Below, piece by piece: positions 20,891 through 31,938 of a stretch of 64,000 nt of DNA. The notes under the pieces are model-generated. The model was not told the DNA's origin. It saw nothing but the letters and a program-made list of their open reading frames with translations, and did not search any database. The DNA is from an uncultured Clostridium sp. (GTDB lineage Bacteria > Bacillota > Clostridia > TANB77 > CAG-508): contig USEM01000005.1 in assembly GCA_900553695.1 (NCBI GenBank), positions 1,455-65,454 of the forward strand. Direction: 5' to 3'. How positions within the stretch are numbered: the first letter of the stretch is position 1; each line of letters begins with the position of its first letter. A program made the translations under genes and the position numbers.

Positions 20891-20927
20891 AAGACATGGG
20901 AGAAAACGCCCCATGTCTTAGTTTTTT
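20891..20927 (+). terminator. rho-independent terminator
   Basis: aagacatggg / cccatgtctt stem followed by agtttttt. Confidence 0.75.
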
Positions 20928-21007
20928 CATGAAAAATGTTTATTTTATTCCAATTTTGTGGTAAAATAGTAAAGTACGATATATTTTAAATGTAAAAAGG
21001 AGGATGT

Positions 21008-21718
21008 ATGTTAGAACTTAAAAATATATGTTTCGAAAGAGATAATAAAAAAATCTTAAAAAATATAAATTTAAAACTTGAAAATGACAAGTTTTATGTA
21101 ATTACAGGACCAAATGGTTCAGGTAAGTCTACTTTGGCAAAAATAATCATGGGCATTAATAAACAAGATAGTGGACAAGTTATTTTAGATGGAAAGGATA
21201 TAAGCAATTTACCTATTAACGAAAGAGCAAATATTGGAATTGGCTTTGCATTTCAACAACCAGTTAAATTTAAAGGAATTACAGTATATGATTTAATTAA
21301 ACTATCAGCTGGTAAAGATATAACCAAAAAAGAGGCTTGCGATATTTTATCTAAAGTTGGTTTATGTGCTAAAGAATATGTAGATAGAGAAATTAATAGT
21401 TCACTTTCAGGAGGAGAGCTAAAAAGAATAGAAATTGCAACAGTTGCAGTTCGAAATTCAAAACTAACAATATTTGATGAACCAGAAGCGGGAATAGACT
21501 TATGGAGCTTTAATAACTTAATAAAAATCTTTGAAGATATGAGAGAAAAAACAAAAGGCACAACATTAATTATATCTCATCAAGAAAGAATATTAGATAT
21601 TGCAGATAAAGTAATTTTATTAAACAACGGAGAAATTGAAAAAATTGGAGAATCAAAAGATTTAATGAAAAATATAATACCAAAAACAAATTGCTGCAAG
21701 TTAGGAGGAGATGCCTAA
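21008..21718 (+). CDS. sufC: Fe-S cluster assembly ATPase SufC-like (ABC)
   Basis: Walker A GPNGSGKST. Signature LSGGELKR. Walker B IFDEPEAG. Confidence 0.8.
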   Translation: MLELKNICFERDNKKILKNINLKLENDKFYVITGPNGSGKSTLAKIIMGINKQDSGQVILDGKDISNLPINERANIGIGFAFQQPVKFKGITVYDLIKLSAGKDITKKEACDILSKVGLCAKEYVDREINSSLSGGELKRIEIATVAVRNSKLTIFDEPEAGIDLWSFNNLIKIFEDMREKTKGTTLIISHQERILDIADKVILLNNGEIEKIGESKDLMKNIIPKTNCCKLGGDA

Positions 21719-22635
21719 TGGAAAATGTTGATAAAGAATTATTAAAAGAAATATCTGATATAGATGGAGAAATTAAAGGAGCCTACAATATTAGAAAAAA
21801 CGGCAAAGGAATAGAAAGAAAAGTAACAGAAAACGTAAATATTGTAACAAAGCAAGATAAGCCAGGAATAGATATATTTGTTAAAGAAAACACAAAATTT
21901 GAATTTGTTCATATTCCAGTAATCATAACAGAAAGTGGTTTAAATGATGTAGTATATAACGACTTCTATATTGGAAAAAATGCAAATGTAGTAATAATTG
22001 CAGGTTGTGGAATACACAACGACCACCACAAAGACTCTCAACATGATGGAATTCATAGATTTTTCTTAGAAGAAGGTGCAAAAGTAAAATACATTGAAAA
22101 ACACTATGGAGAAGGTTCAGGAGATGGAAAAAGAATTCTAAACCCAGTAACAGAAGTATACCTAAAAGAAGGTAGCAACATGGAAATGGAGACAGTTCAA
22201 ATAAAAGGTGTAGACTCTACTATAAGAACTACAAAAGGAGTTTTAGAGAATAATACAAGTTTGGTAATACTAGAAAAAATAATGACACATGGAAATCAAA
22301 CAGCAAAAACATCTTTTAATGTAGAGCTAAATGGAGAAAACTCAAGCACAAAAGTAACATCAAGGTCTGTTGCAACAGAAAATTCAGTACAACAATTTGA
22401 ATCACATGTAGAAGGAAATTCAAAATGTTTTGGACATGTAGAGTGTGATGCAATAATAAAGGATAGTGCAAAAGTAATTGCAATTCCATCAATAATTGCA
22501 AATAATGTAGAAGCAAACTTAGTGCATGAAGCAACAATAGGCAAAATTGCAGGAGAACAATTAATGAAACTTATGACACTTGGACTAGACGAAAAACAAG
22601 CAGAACAAGAAATAATAAATGGATTTTTGAAATAA
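21718..22635 (+). CDS. SufB/SufD family Fe-S assembly protein
   Basis: TAATG overlap with sufC. Beta-helix type repeats. C-terminal ...EATIGKIAGEQLMKLMTLGLDEKQAEQEIINGF is typical of SufB/D. Confidence 0.7.
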   Translation: MENVDKELLKEISDIDGEIKGAYNIRKNGKGIERKVTENVNIVTKQDKPGIDIFVKENTKFEFVHIPVIITESGLNDVVYNDFYIGKNANVVIIAGCGIHNDHHKDSQHDGIHRFFLEEGAKVKYIEKHYGEGSGDGKRILNPVTEVYLKEGSNMEMETVQIKGVDSTIRTTKGVLENNTSLVILEKIMTHGNQTAKTSFNVELNGENSSTKVTSRSVATENSVQQFESHVEGNSKCFGHVECDAIIKDSAKVIAIPSIIANNVEANLVHEATIGKIAGEQLMKLMTLGLDEKQAEQEIINGFLK

Positions 22636-22723
22636 TTTCCTTTTACCTCTTGTTTTTTCATAAAATTTGTGTTAAACTAAATGATAGTGAGTTTTAATAA
22701 CAGTTTTAGGAGGTGCTATAACA

Positions 22724-22921
22724 ATGGCAAAATGTGATATATGCGACAAATCAGTTAATTATGGAAATAAATTAAGTATAACACGTTCACATATAAGTAA
22801 AAGAACATCAAGAACATTTAAACCAAATATTAGAACAGTAAAAGCAATGGTAGATGGACAACCAAAAAAAATCAATGTTTGTACAAAATGTTTACGTTCA
22901 GGAAAAGTTACAAAGGCTTAA
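22724..22921 (+). CDS. rpmB: 50S ribosomal protein L28
   Basis: MAKCDICDK...GNKLSITRSHISKRTSRTFKPNI. 65 aa. Confidence 0.9.
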   Translation: MAKCDICDKSVNYGNKLSITRSHISKRTSRTFKPNIRTVKAMVDGQPKKINVCTKCLRSGKVTKA

Positions 22922-22932
22922 TTACAAAAAAT

Positions 22933-22960
22933 AGAGCAAGTTTTAACTTGCTCTTGTTTT
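22933..22960 (+). terminator. rho-independent terminator after rpmB
   Basis: agagcaag / cttgctct stem followed by tgttttg. Confidence 0.6.
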
Positions 22961-23117
22961 GTATATGTAATTTAAAATTACATTATTCTAAAGAGTTTAG
23001 TTCAGAAAATTTTTATTTATCTTTTACACCAAAAATAAGCTTAACAAAACCCCTTAAAAACTTAGGAACTTTTTTTACAACAATAGTCATATTTTTAACA
23101 CACTCCTTTTAATAATA

Positions 23118-23264
23118 TCAGCAGCAAAGCCAAGAGATACCAAGGCATACAACCACAGCACCTATAAGAAATAACCAACCAGTAAAAGGAAGTAATATCA
23201 CGAGTAGAATTCCTAAACCTAATCCAATTAAACAAACAGCTAAAGTTTTCTTAAAAATTCTCAT
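23118..23264 (-). CDS. small membrane protein (48 aa; below the ORF-track cutoff)
   Basis: GGGAGGA RBS, then ATG at 23264. MRIFKKTLAVCLIGLGLGILLVILLPFTGWLFLIGAVVVCLGISWLCC, with two TM helices. Confidence 0.35.
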   Translation of the reverse strand: MRIFKKTLAVCLIGLGLGILLVILLPFTGWLFLIGAVVVCLGISWLCC

Positions 23265-23326
23265 AACATTCCTCCCAGATATAATATAATATTAAATTTT
23301 ATGTAAAATTGTGAAAGAAGGTGTAA

Positions 23327-23968
23327 ATGCTAATAGACCTAATATATCCACCAGTATGTGGCATATGCGATAGAATTTGTAAAAAACATTTATGTAAAGA
23401 ATGTGAAATAGATTTAAAAAAATACGAAATAAATGAAATAGAAAATGCTAAAGGCGATGAAAGCAAATACTATGATTATCAAGTAAAAACCTTTAAGTAC
23501 AAGGGAAAAGTTAGAAGTAAAATAATAGATTATAAATTTAATGAGAAGTCTTATATGTGCCATACCTTTCAAAAAATGATAACAAAAAATGAAAAAATAT
23601 ACAGTTTTTTGAAAAAGTATGATATAATATTATACGTTCCTATGTTCAAAAAACAGGAATATAAAAGAGGATATAACCAAACCTATTTAATAGCTAAAGA
23701 AATAGGAAAAACTTTAGGAATACCAATAGAGAAAAACAATTTAACAAAAATAAAAGATACAAAAAAGCAAAGTACACTAACCAAAGAAGAAAGAAAAACA
23801 AATGTAAAAAATGCATTTGTAATTGAAAAACCGGAAAGAATAGTAAATAAAAAAGTTATATTATTTGATGATATTTTTACAACAGGAAATACAGTAAATG
23901 AGTGTAGCAAAGTTATAAAAATGGCAGGAGCCAAAGAGGTTGCAATACTTACCATTGCTGTAGATTAA
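23327..23968 (+). CDS. comFC: ComF family phosphoribosyltransferase-like protein
   Basis: N-terminal CxxC...CxxC zinc-finger motif. C-terminal PRTase motif VILFDDIFTTGNT. Confidence 0.75.
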   Translation: MLIDLIYPPVCGICDRICKKHLCKECEIDLKKYEINEIENAKGDESKYYDYQVKTFKYKGKVRSKIIDYKFNEKSYMCHTFQKMITKNEKIYSFLKKYDIILYVPMFKKQEYKRGYNQTYLIAKEIGKTLGIPIEKNNLTKIKDTKKQSTLTKEERKTNVKNAFVIEKPERIVNKKVILFDDIFTTGNTVNECSKVIKMAGAKEVAILTIAVD

Positions 23969-23983
23969 ACAAAGGAGGTAATA

Positions 23984-25937
23984 ATGGAAGACTTAGTTGA
24001 AAGCATTTTAGATTATGTAAGGTCAGATTATACAGATTATGCCATAATGATAAATGGAGAATGGGGTAGTCGGAAAGACCTATTTTTGGAATAATAAAAT
24101 AAAGCCAAAAATTGATGGAATGCAATATAACGGAAAAAGGTTTACAAGTATTTACATGTCTTTATATGGTATATCAAACCTTGAGGAAATAAGCAAAAAA
24201 ATATTCATTGAAACAACACAGTTAATGGATAAAAATGTAAAGAAACACATAGAAACAACAGGAAAATACTCAATTCCCGAATATGCAAAAACAGGTTTGA
24301 ATATGGCAAACTCATTTGGTGCAAATACAAATGAAAAAATTAATTATGAAAAATTCTTTGCAACAGATGATAAAGTATTGTGCTTCGATGACCTAGAAAG
24401 AGCTAATGTAGACGTTATAGATATTCTAGGTTACATTAACAACTTTGTTGAACATGACCACATAAAAACAATAATTATATGTAACGAAAAAGAACTTTCA
24501 ACAAAACTTAAAAATTCAAACCTTGAAATGAAAACATTTATTGCAACATATCTTTTAGACAAACAAGGGGAATTAGCAAAAGATGATGGCAAACCAATGG
24601 TTGAAAGAATACAAGAAAAAATAGAATATGTATTTGATAAAGCAAATGACTATGAAAGAATAAAAGAAAAACTAATAGGCGAAACATTCGAATACAGACC
24701 AGAATTCAACTATATAATAAATGGAATTTTAATGAGGTACGAAAACGACAAAGACCTTATAAGATTTTTAAGAGAAAACACGCCATATATAATAAATACA
24801 TTTAACAAAAGTGGAACGAGAAACCTTAGGATACTAAAGCATTCATTAAATGACTTTAAAAAGATTTATGAAATGGTAAACAAATATTATCCAAACACAA
24901 ATTATAGAGTTTTGCAAACAATGCTTATATTTACAATAGCAATTTCATTTGAAATTAAAGCAGGTAAAATTACAAAAGATAAATTTGTGTATATACAAAA
25001 TAACGAGGAATACAAAGCAACAGTAGTATCTTCAAAAGTATTTATGGATAATAGGCAGTTCTACATTAAAGAATTTGATAATAACTATTACTATAACTTT
25101 AAGGCAGAATATAGATTTTTCAAATTTATTGAAATGTATGTTAGAACAAGAATTTTTGATACAAGACGTTTTAAAGAAGATATGGAAGACATTATAAATA
25201 CAGTAGATACAGAGAAATTACCAGGATACAAACGTCTACTCACAGAAGAATTCTGGAAGATTTCAGATGATCAATTTCCAGGTGTAATTGAAAATGTAAT
25301 GTCTGATGTTAAGCAAGGAAAGTTAAGTTTAATAGACACAACTAAGTTATTTATATACTTCACGTACTTCGTACAAAGAGGACTAATCAACTATAGTATG
25401 TCTACAATAAAAACATTATTTTTCAATGGTATGAACCTAGCATCTTTAAACTCTGTGTATGTAGAAAACGCAGAACAAGAACTAAATAGCTTGGCTTTGG
25501 GCGAAAAAAACTTAGACATAGATGATATTCTAGCACATTTTTATGTTTTAAATAATACATTAAAAGATAAAATGTATACAGAAAAAGCAAATGAAGTATT
25601 TAAATATATACCAATGAAAATGGAAATATTCTATGAAAAATTTGATGAAGAATGCATGGAAATACCAATATTAAAATACTATGATCCACATCAACTATTC
25701 CAAAGAATATCTTGTGCAAGTAATGAAGATATAATGGGAATAAAAGAAAAACTGCTAGAAAGAGCAAGAAAACACAAAGGTAAATTACAACCAGAATTGA
25801 AAAACATAAAGAAGCTAAGAGAAATAGTAGAGCAATATCTAAAAGGCAAAGAAATAACAATTAAAACAGTAATGCTTGTGGAATTACAAAAGGATTTAGA
25901 TACAATTATAGAAATAATGGGAAATGAAGAACATTAA
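23984..25937 (+). CDS. KAP-family P-loop NTPase (joined across CGG 24071-24073)
   Basis: AGGAGG RBS then ATG at 23984. Junction ggt agt C gga aag acc restores the Walker A INGEWGS-G-KTYFW. FDDLER Walker-B-like segment. Long helical C-terminal region. Confidence 0.8.
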
Positions 25938-25965
25938 AAGCTTAGATTGGAAAGGAAGATTAAAA

Positions 25966-26676
25966 ATGGAAGAATTAAAACTAAAATACTATTTTGAACA
26001 TATGGATGAATTCAGTGAAAAGGAAATTTTTGAAGACTGCGAATATGTGTGGGAACCACTAAACAAAACAAAAGAATACTTAAACAAAAAAATAGTAGAA
26101 CCAAATATTAAAGAAAATAAAGCCGAGGTTGGAGAATTTGTTTCAATCTCAGGTAATTACTCAATTGGAGAAGGTACAAAAATTGGTGCAAATGTTACAA
26201 TAATAGGACCAGTAATAATAGGCAAAAATGTTGAAATACAAGCAGGAGCTTTAATTAGACCGAACACAATTATTGGAGATAATTGCGTAGTTGGGCATGG
26301 CTCAGAAATTAAACATGCAATATTACAAAATAAATCAAAAGTAGCAAGCTTAGATTTTGTTGGGGATAGCATACTTGGAAAATCAACAAGAATTGGAAGT
26401 GGATGCATACTTGCAAATAGAAGATTTGACCAAAAAAATATAGAAATAAAGATTGATGGAAAAAAATATGATACAGGAACAGATTTCTTTGGTGCAATCG
26501 TTGGAGATAGTTCTAGATTTGGAGCAAATTCAACAAGTTTACCAGGAACATGTGTTGGACCATATACATGGATTTTACCAATGGTGCAAGTAAGAAATTT
26601 TGTACCAGCAGAAAAAAGAATTTTCCCAAAAGCAGAATATTGGGTTCAAGATAACCCAAGAACAGAACTAAAATAA
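25966..26676 (+). CDS. hexapeptide-repeat (left-handed beta-helix) transferase-like protein
   Basis: Runs of [LIV]G-x4 hexapeptide repeats (IGEGTKIGANVTIIGPVIIGKNVEIQAGALI...). Confidence 0.6.
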   Translation: MEELKLKYYFEHMDEFSEKEIFEDCEYVWEPLNKTKEYLNKKIVEPNIKENKAEVGEFVSISGNYSIGEGTKIGANVTIIGPVIIGKNVEIQAGALIRPNTIIGDNCVVGHGSEIKHAILQNKSKVASLDFVGDSILGKSTRIGSGCILANRRFDQKNIEIKIDGKKYDTGTDFFGAIVGDSSRFGANSTSLPGTCVGPYTWILPMVQVRNFVPAEKRIFPKAEYWVQDNPRTELK

Positions 26677-26688
26677 TTAGGAGTTTTT

Positions 26689-28377
26689 ATGAAGAAAAAA
26701 TGGCAATATTATGAACAAGATAAAGACATTGTAAACAAAATAGCAGAAGAACATGGTATATCTACACTTCTTGCCAAAATTTTAGTAAATAGAGGAATTG
26801 TAGATAGCAAGCAAATAAAAGTATTCTTAGAGCCACAACGACATGACTTCCATAACCCTTTTGACATGTTAGACATGGAAATGGCAGTAAATAGAATTAT
26901 AGAAGCAATAAACAATAAAGAAAAAACTATAATATATGGAGATTATGATGTTGATGGAATAACAAGTATCACAGTTCTAAAAAAGTTCTTAAATGAAAGA
27001 GGGCTAGACGTAGATTACTACATACCAAACAGATTAGAAGAAGGTTATGGCTTAAATAAAGAAGCAATTGAAGAAATTGCAAAAAAAGGCTATAAACTTA
27101 TGATAACTGTAGATTGTGGAATATCAGGAGTAGAAGAAGTTGAACTTGCAAACAGCTTAGGAATAGAAACAATAATAACAGACCACCATGAACAACTAGA
27201 TGTATTACCAAATGCTTATGCAATTATAAACCCAAAACGTAGAGATAACACATATCCATTTAGAGGGCTAGCTGGTGTAGGTGTTGTGTTTAAAGTAATA
27301 CAAGCAATATCAATGAAACTTAACCTTGATGAAAAGGAATATTTGAAATACCTAGACATAGTATGTATAGGAACAATTTCAGATATAGTTCCACTAGTTG
27401 ATGAAAATAGAGTAATTGCAAAACTAGGCTTAATGCTTGTAAAATGCACAAAAAATGTTGGGCTAAAAGAATTAATAGAAGAATCTGGATACAAAACAAT
27501 AGATTCTGGAATGGTTTCATTTGGAATTGCACCAAGAATTAATGCATGTGGAAGAATGGGAAAACAAGAGGAAGCATTAGAATTATTCTTAACAGATAAC
27601 CCAGAGAAAGCAAAAACAATAACTAAAAGATTAAACGAATACAATATACAAAGGCAAGAAACGGAAAAGCAAATTTTTGAGCAGGCAATTTCAGAACTTG
27701 AAAAAGAAAACTTAGAAGAAAAGAGTAGTATAGTACTTGCTGGAGAAAACTGGCATCATGGAGTAATTGGAATTGTTGCTTCAAGAATTACAGAAAAGTT
27801 TTTCAAACCAACAATACTAATATGCATTGAAGATGATATAGGAAAAGGCTCAGGCAGAAGTGTTCCAGGGTTTGACTTACATGAAGCTTTAGCTCAAAGT
27901 TCAAAATATTTAGAAAAATATGGTGGACATGAGATGGCTGTTGGTTTATCTTTAAAAAAAGAAAATATACAAGAATTTAAAAATCACTTTGAAGAATATG
28001 CAAAATCAAAAGGCGTTAAGGATATAGTTCCAATTATTAATGTAGACTCAGAAATAACCAAAAAAGATATAAATAAAGCCACAGTGGAACAAATAAAACT
28101 ATTAGAACCTTTTGGTGAGCAAAACAAACAACCATTATTGATATATAAAAATTTGAAAATAGCATCAATAAGGGCATTATCAGAAGGTAAACACTTAAAA
28201 CTAATGCTAAAAGATGAAAATGAAATAATAAATGCAATAGGTTTCAACCTAGGAGAACTTTCAGAAGAATACTTAATAGGAGATAAAGTTGATGTGGTTG
28301 GAACACTAGAAATAAACGCATATAATGGACAAGAACAAATACAAATAAACTTAAAAGATATAATGAAATCAATTTAG
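26689..28377 (+). CDS. recJ: single-stranded-DNA-specific exonuclease RecJ
   Basis: DHH motifs (GDYDVDGITS, ITDHH), DHHA1 domain, 562 aa. Conserved recJ-relA neighbourhood. Confidence 0.9.
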   Translation: MKKKWQYYEQDKDIVNKIAEEHGISTLLAKILVNRGIVDSKQIKVFLEPQRHDFHNPFDMLDMEMAVNRIIEAINNKEKTIIYGDYDVDGITSITVLKKFLNERGLDVDYYIPNRLEEGYGLNKEAIEEIAKKGYKLMITVDCGISGVEEVELANSLGIETIITDHHEQLDVLPNAYAIINPKRRDNTYPFRGLAGVGVVFKVIQAISMKLNLDEKEYLKYLDIVCIGTISDIVPLVDENRVIAKLGLMLVKCTKNVGLKELIEESGYKTIDSGMVSFGIAPRINACGRMGKQEEALELFLTDNPEKAKTITKRLNEYNIQRQETEKQIFEQAISELEKENLEEKSSIVLAGENWHHGVIGIVASRITEKFFKPTILICIEDDIGKGSGRSVPGFDLHEALAQSSKYLEKYGGHEMAVGLSLKKENIQEFKNHFEEYAKSKGVKDIVPIINVDSEITKKDINKATVEQIKLLEPFGEQNKQPLLIYKNLKIASIRALSEGKHLKLMLKDENEIINAIGFNLGELSEEYLIGDKVDVVGTLEINAYNGQEQIQINLKDIMKSI

Positions 28378-28400
28378 AACAAATAGAAAGGATAAGTAGC

Positions 28401-30593
28401 ATGGAAAGCACAAACAAAACAATTGGTGATGTAATAAAAAGAATGAAAATGAATAAGAGAAAATTTAATAATGCTTTAATATTAAAGGCGTATAATTTCG
28501 CAGAAGAACATCACCGTGGGCAAAAAAGAATGTCTGGAGAAGACTACATAATACATCCTGTGGCAGTTGCCTATATTCTAGCAGACCTACAAATGGATGA
28601 TGCAACAATTTGTGCAGCACTATTACATGATGTTGTTGAAGATACAGATGTAACAAGTGAAGACATAACAAAAATCTTTGGCGAAGAAATATCTGAAATG
28701 GTTGCAGGTGTTACAAAACTTGGAAAAATAAAATATGTAACAATAGAAGAACAACAAGTAGAAAATTACAGAAAAATGTTCCTAGCAATGGGAAAAGATA
28801 TAAGAGTAATACTTATAAAACTAGCAGATAGACTTCACAACATGAGAACACTTTCAAGTTTAAAAAGAGATAGACAAATAGCTAATGCCAAAGAAACAAT
28901 GGAGCTATATGCACCACTTGCAAATAGGCTTGGTATATATTCTTTAAAATGGGAACTAGAAGACTTAGCTTTTAGATATTTATACCCAGAAGAATATAGA
29001 GAACTTGTATTAAGCATTGAAAAGAAAAGAGAAGAAAGACTAGAATTTATAGACAAAATAAGAGATGAAATTCAAGCAGCTCTAAAGAAAGAAAAAATTA
29101 TTGCAGAAGTTACAGGCAGGGCAAAACACTTATATAGTATTTATAGAAAAATGCAAAGAGACAACATAACAATAGACCAAGTGTATGACTTATTTGCACT
29201 AAGAATAATAGTAAACTCAGTAAAAGACTGTTATGCAGCATTAGGAGTTGTGCACGATTTATACACACCAATGCCAGGAAGATTTAAAGATTATATAGCA
29301 GTACCAAAACCAAACATGTACCAATCAATACATAATACTCTAATTGGTCCCAAAGGAACACCTTTTGAAATACAAGTTCGTACATGGGATATGCATAGGG
29401 TAGCAGAATATGGTATCGCAGCCCATTGGGCATATAAAGAGGCAAATAAATTTAAAAAATCAAATGTAGTAGTTGAAGAAGATAAACTTGCTTGGCTTAG
29501 AGAAACACTAGAATGGCAAAAGGATATGCAAGATCCAACAGAATTCTTAAGAACTTTAAAAACAGAACTATTTGAAGATGAAGTTTATGTATTTACACCA
29601 AAGGGAGAAATAAAAACACTTCCAAGAAATTCAACACCTATAGATTTTGCATATAGTATACATGCAGAAGTAGGACATAAAATGATAGGGTGCAAAATCA
29701 ACAGTAAAATGATGCCAATAATTACAAAATTAAAAAGTGGTGACATAGTAGAAATTCTAACATCAGAAACAGCAAAAGGACCAAGTAGAGATTGGCTTAA
29801 AATTGTAAAAAGCTCAAGTGCTAAAACTAAGATACAACAATGGTTTAAGAAAACAGAAAGAGAAGATAACATAGAAAAAGGAAAAGACATATTAGACAAA
29901 GAAATAAAGAAAATTGGTATGTCACATAGCGACTTATTTAAACCAGAATGGATACAAGTAGTACTAAACAGATACAATTACAACACAGTAGAAGATATGT
30001 ATGCAAGTATTGGCTTTGGTGGAATATCACCAAATAAAATAATAACAAGATTACTAGAAGAATACAAAAAAGAACATGAAGAAGATGTTATTGAAGAAAA
30101 AATACAAGAACTTGTAACAGAAAAACCAAGAAAAACAAAATCACCAAAATCTGGTGTAATTGTAAAAGGAGTAGACAACTGCTTAGTAAAATTCTCTAAA
30201 TGCTGTAATCCAGTACCAGGAGACGACATTATAGGATACATAACAAAAGGTAGAGGTGTTTCAATACATAGAAAGGATTGCCCAAACTTAAAAGATTTAT
30301 TATCAGAGGAGGAGAGAATTATAGAAGTAGAATGGTTTGACCAAACAGAAAAGGCCGAATATAATGTAGATATACAAATACTTGCAAATGATAGAACAGG
30401 TTTACTTTCAGATGTTGTAAGGGAAATTACAAATCAAAAAATAAACATAATGGGAGTAAACACAAGAACAAGTAAAGATAGAATTGCAACAATAGATGCA
30501 ACACTTGAGGTTCAAGACATTGGACAATTAAATCAAGTACTAAAACAAATAAGAAAAGTAGATAGCGTATATGACGTAACACGTAAAAATTAA
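28401..30593 (+). CDS. relA: bifunctional (p)ppGpp synthetase/hydrolase RelA/SpoT homologue
   Basis: HD hydrolase domain (LLHDVVEDT), RelA_SpoT synthetase domain, TGS and ACT domains. 730 aa. Confidence 0.9.
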   Translation: MESTNKTIGDVIKRMKMNKRKFNNALILKAYNFAEEHHRGQKRMSGEDYIIHPVAVAYILADLQMDDATICAALLHDVVEDTDVTSEDITKIFGEEISEMVAGVTKLGKIKYVTIEEQQVENYRKMFLAMGKDIRVILIKLADRLHNMRTLSSLKRDRQIANAKETMELYAPLANRLGIYSLKWELEDLAFRYLYPEEYRELVLSIEKKREERLEFIDKIRDEIQAALKKEKIIAEVTGRAKHLYSIYRKMQRDNITIDQVYDLFALRIIVNSVKDCYAALGVVHDLYTPMPGRFKDYIAVPKPNMYQSIHNTLIGPKGTPFEIQVRTWDMHRVAEYGIAAHWAYKEANKFKKSNVVVEEDKLAWLRETLEWQKDMQDPTEFLRTLKTELFEDEVYVFTPKGEIKTLPRNSTPIDFAYSIHAEVGHKMIGCKINSKMMPIITKLKSGDIVEILTSETAKGPSRDWLKIVKSSSAKTKIQQWFKKTEREDNIEKGKDILDKEIKKIGMSHSDLFKPEWIQVVLNRYNYNTVEDMYASIGFGGISPNKIITRLLEEYKKEHEEDVIEEKIQELVTEKPRKTKSPKSGVIVKGVDNCLVKFSKCCNPVPGDDIIGYITKGRGVSIHRKDCPNLKDLLSEEERIIEVEWFDQTEKAEYNVDIQILANDRTGLLSDVVREITNQKINIMGVNTRTSKDRIATIDATLEVQDIGQLNQVLKQIRKVDSVYDVTRKN

Positions 30594-30608
30594 AAAGGGG
30601 AGATATTT

Positions 30609-31919
30609 ATGGCAAAAACATTAGCAAAAACATTACCAGGTTTTATGGAACTATTACCAAAAGACCAAATACTATTTAACCAAATGAAAGAAACAATACA
30701 AAAAACATATGAAAAATTTGGTTTTCTACCACTAGATACACCAGTAATAGAAAGCACAGAAGTTCTTCTTGCAAAAGCAGGTGGAGAAACAGAAAAACAA
30801 CTATATTCATTTAAAAAGGGAGACAGCGAACTAACATTAAGGTTTGACTTAACAGTGCCACTTGCAAAATATGTTGCACTATACTCAAACGAACTAAGCT
30901 TTCCTTTTAGAAGATATCAAATAGGAAAAGTATATAGAGGAGAACGTGCACAAAAAGGTAGATACAGAGAATTTTATCAATGCGATATAGATGTTATAGG
31001 AGATGGAGAAGTAAACATTATAAATGATGCAGAAATTCCAAGCATAATGTATGAAGTATTTAAAAACTTAGGGTTAGATAACTTTACTATAAGAATGAAT
31101 AACAGAAAAATTCTAAACGGATTATTTGAAAATGTAAATGCAAAAGAAATATCTGTTGATGTAATGAGAATAATAGACAAAATAGAAAAAATAGGAGAAG
31201 AAAAAGTAAGAGCAGAACTTAGAGACCTTCAAATGCCAGAACAGAGTATTGAAAAGATAATGCAGTTTATTGGAATTCAAGGAACAACAGATGAAAAATT
31301 ACAAAAACTAGAAAATTTAAACATTGAAAATGATACATATAAAGAAGGCTTATATGAATTAAAAGAGGTTATTAAATATATTAGATTATTCAATGTTCCA
31401 GAAGAATATTTTACAGTAGATGTAAGTATAGCAAGAGGCTTAGACTATTATACAGGAACAGTTTATGAAACATTTTTAAATGATTATAAATCAATAGGAA
31501 GTATATGCTCAGGAGGAAGATACAGCAATTTAAGTGAATACTATACAGATAAGAAAATGCCAGGTGTAGGAATGTCTATAGGTCTTACAAGATTATTCTA
31601 TGTTTTAAATGAAATAGGACTAATAAAAACAGAGAAAAAATCTATATCAGATGTATTAATCCTATCAATGGTAGACGACCTAAAGCCAGCAATAGAAACT
31701 GCAAATAAACTAAGAGGAGCTAGGGTAAATTGCGAAATATATTTTGATAATAAGAAAATAAAAACTAAATTCAAATATGCAGATAAATTACAAATACCAT
31801 ATGTAATTGTAATTGGAGAAGATGAAATTAAAGCAGAAGAAGTTACTCTAAAGAACATGCAAACAGGTAAGCAAGAAAGAATGAAACTAGAAAAAGTAAT
31901 AGAAAAACTTTGCAAATAA
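30609..31919 (+). CDS. hisS: histidine--tRNA ligase
   Basis: Class II aaRS motifs (RYREFYQCD, RGLDYYTG) plus a C-terminal anticodon-binding domain. Confidence 0.85.
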   Translation: MAKTLAKTLPGFMELLPKDQILFNQMKETIQKTYEKFGFLPLDTPVIESTEVLLAKAGGETEKQLYSFKKGDSELTLRFDLTVPLAKYVALYSNELSFPFRRYQIGKVYRGERAQKGRYREFYQCDIDVIGDGEVNIINDAEIPSIMYEVFKNLGLDNFTIRMNNRKILNGLFENVNAKEISVDVMRIIDKIEKIGEEKVRAELRDLQMPEQSIEKIMQFIGIQGTTDEKLQKLENLNIENDTYKEGLYELKEVIKYIRLFNVPEEYFTVDVSIARGLDYYTGTVYETFLNDYKSIGSICSGGRYSNLSEYYTDKKMPGVGMSIGLTRLFYVLNEIGLIKTEKKSISDVLILSMVDDLKPAIETANKLRGARVNCEIYFDNKKIKTKFKYADKLQIPYVIVIGEDEIKAEEVTLKNMQTGKQERMKLEKVIEKLCK

Positions 31920-31938
31920 GGAAAGGAAGATATAAAAA

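Noticed and set aside
22879-23112. 77-aa plus-strand ORF after rpmB
   Set aside because: It starts inside rpmB, runs through the rpmB terminator and has no RBS. The region is better explained by the minus-strand 48-aa membrane ORF and non-coding sequence.
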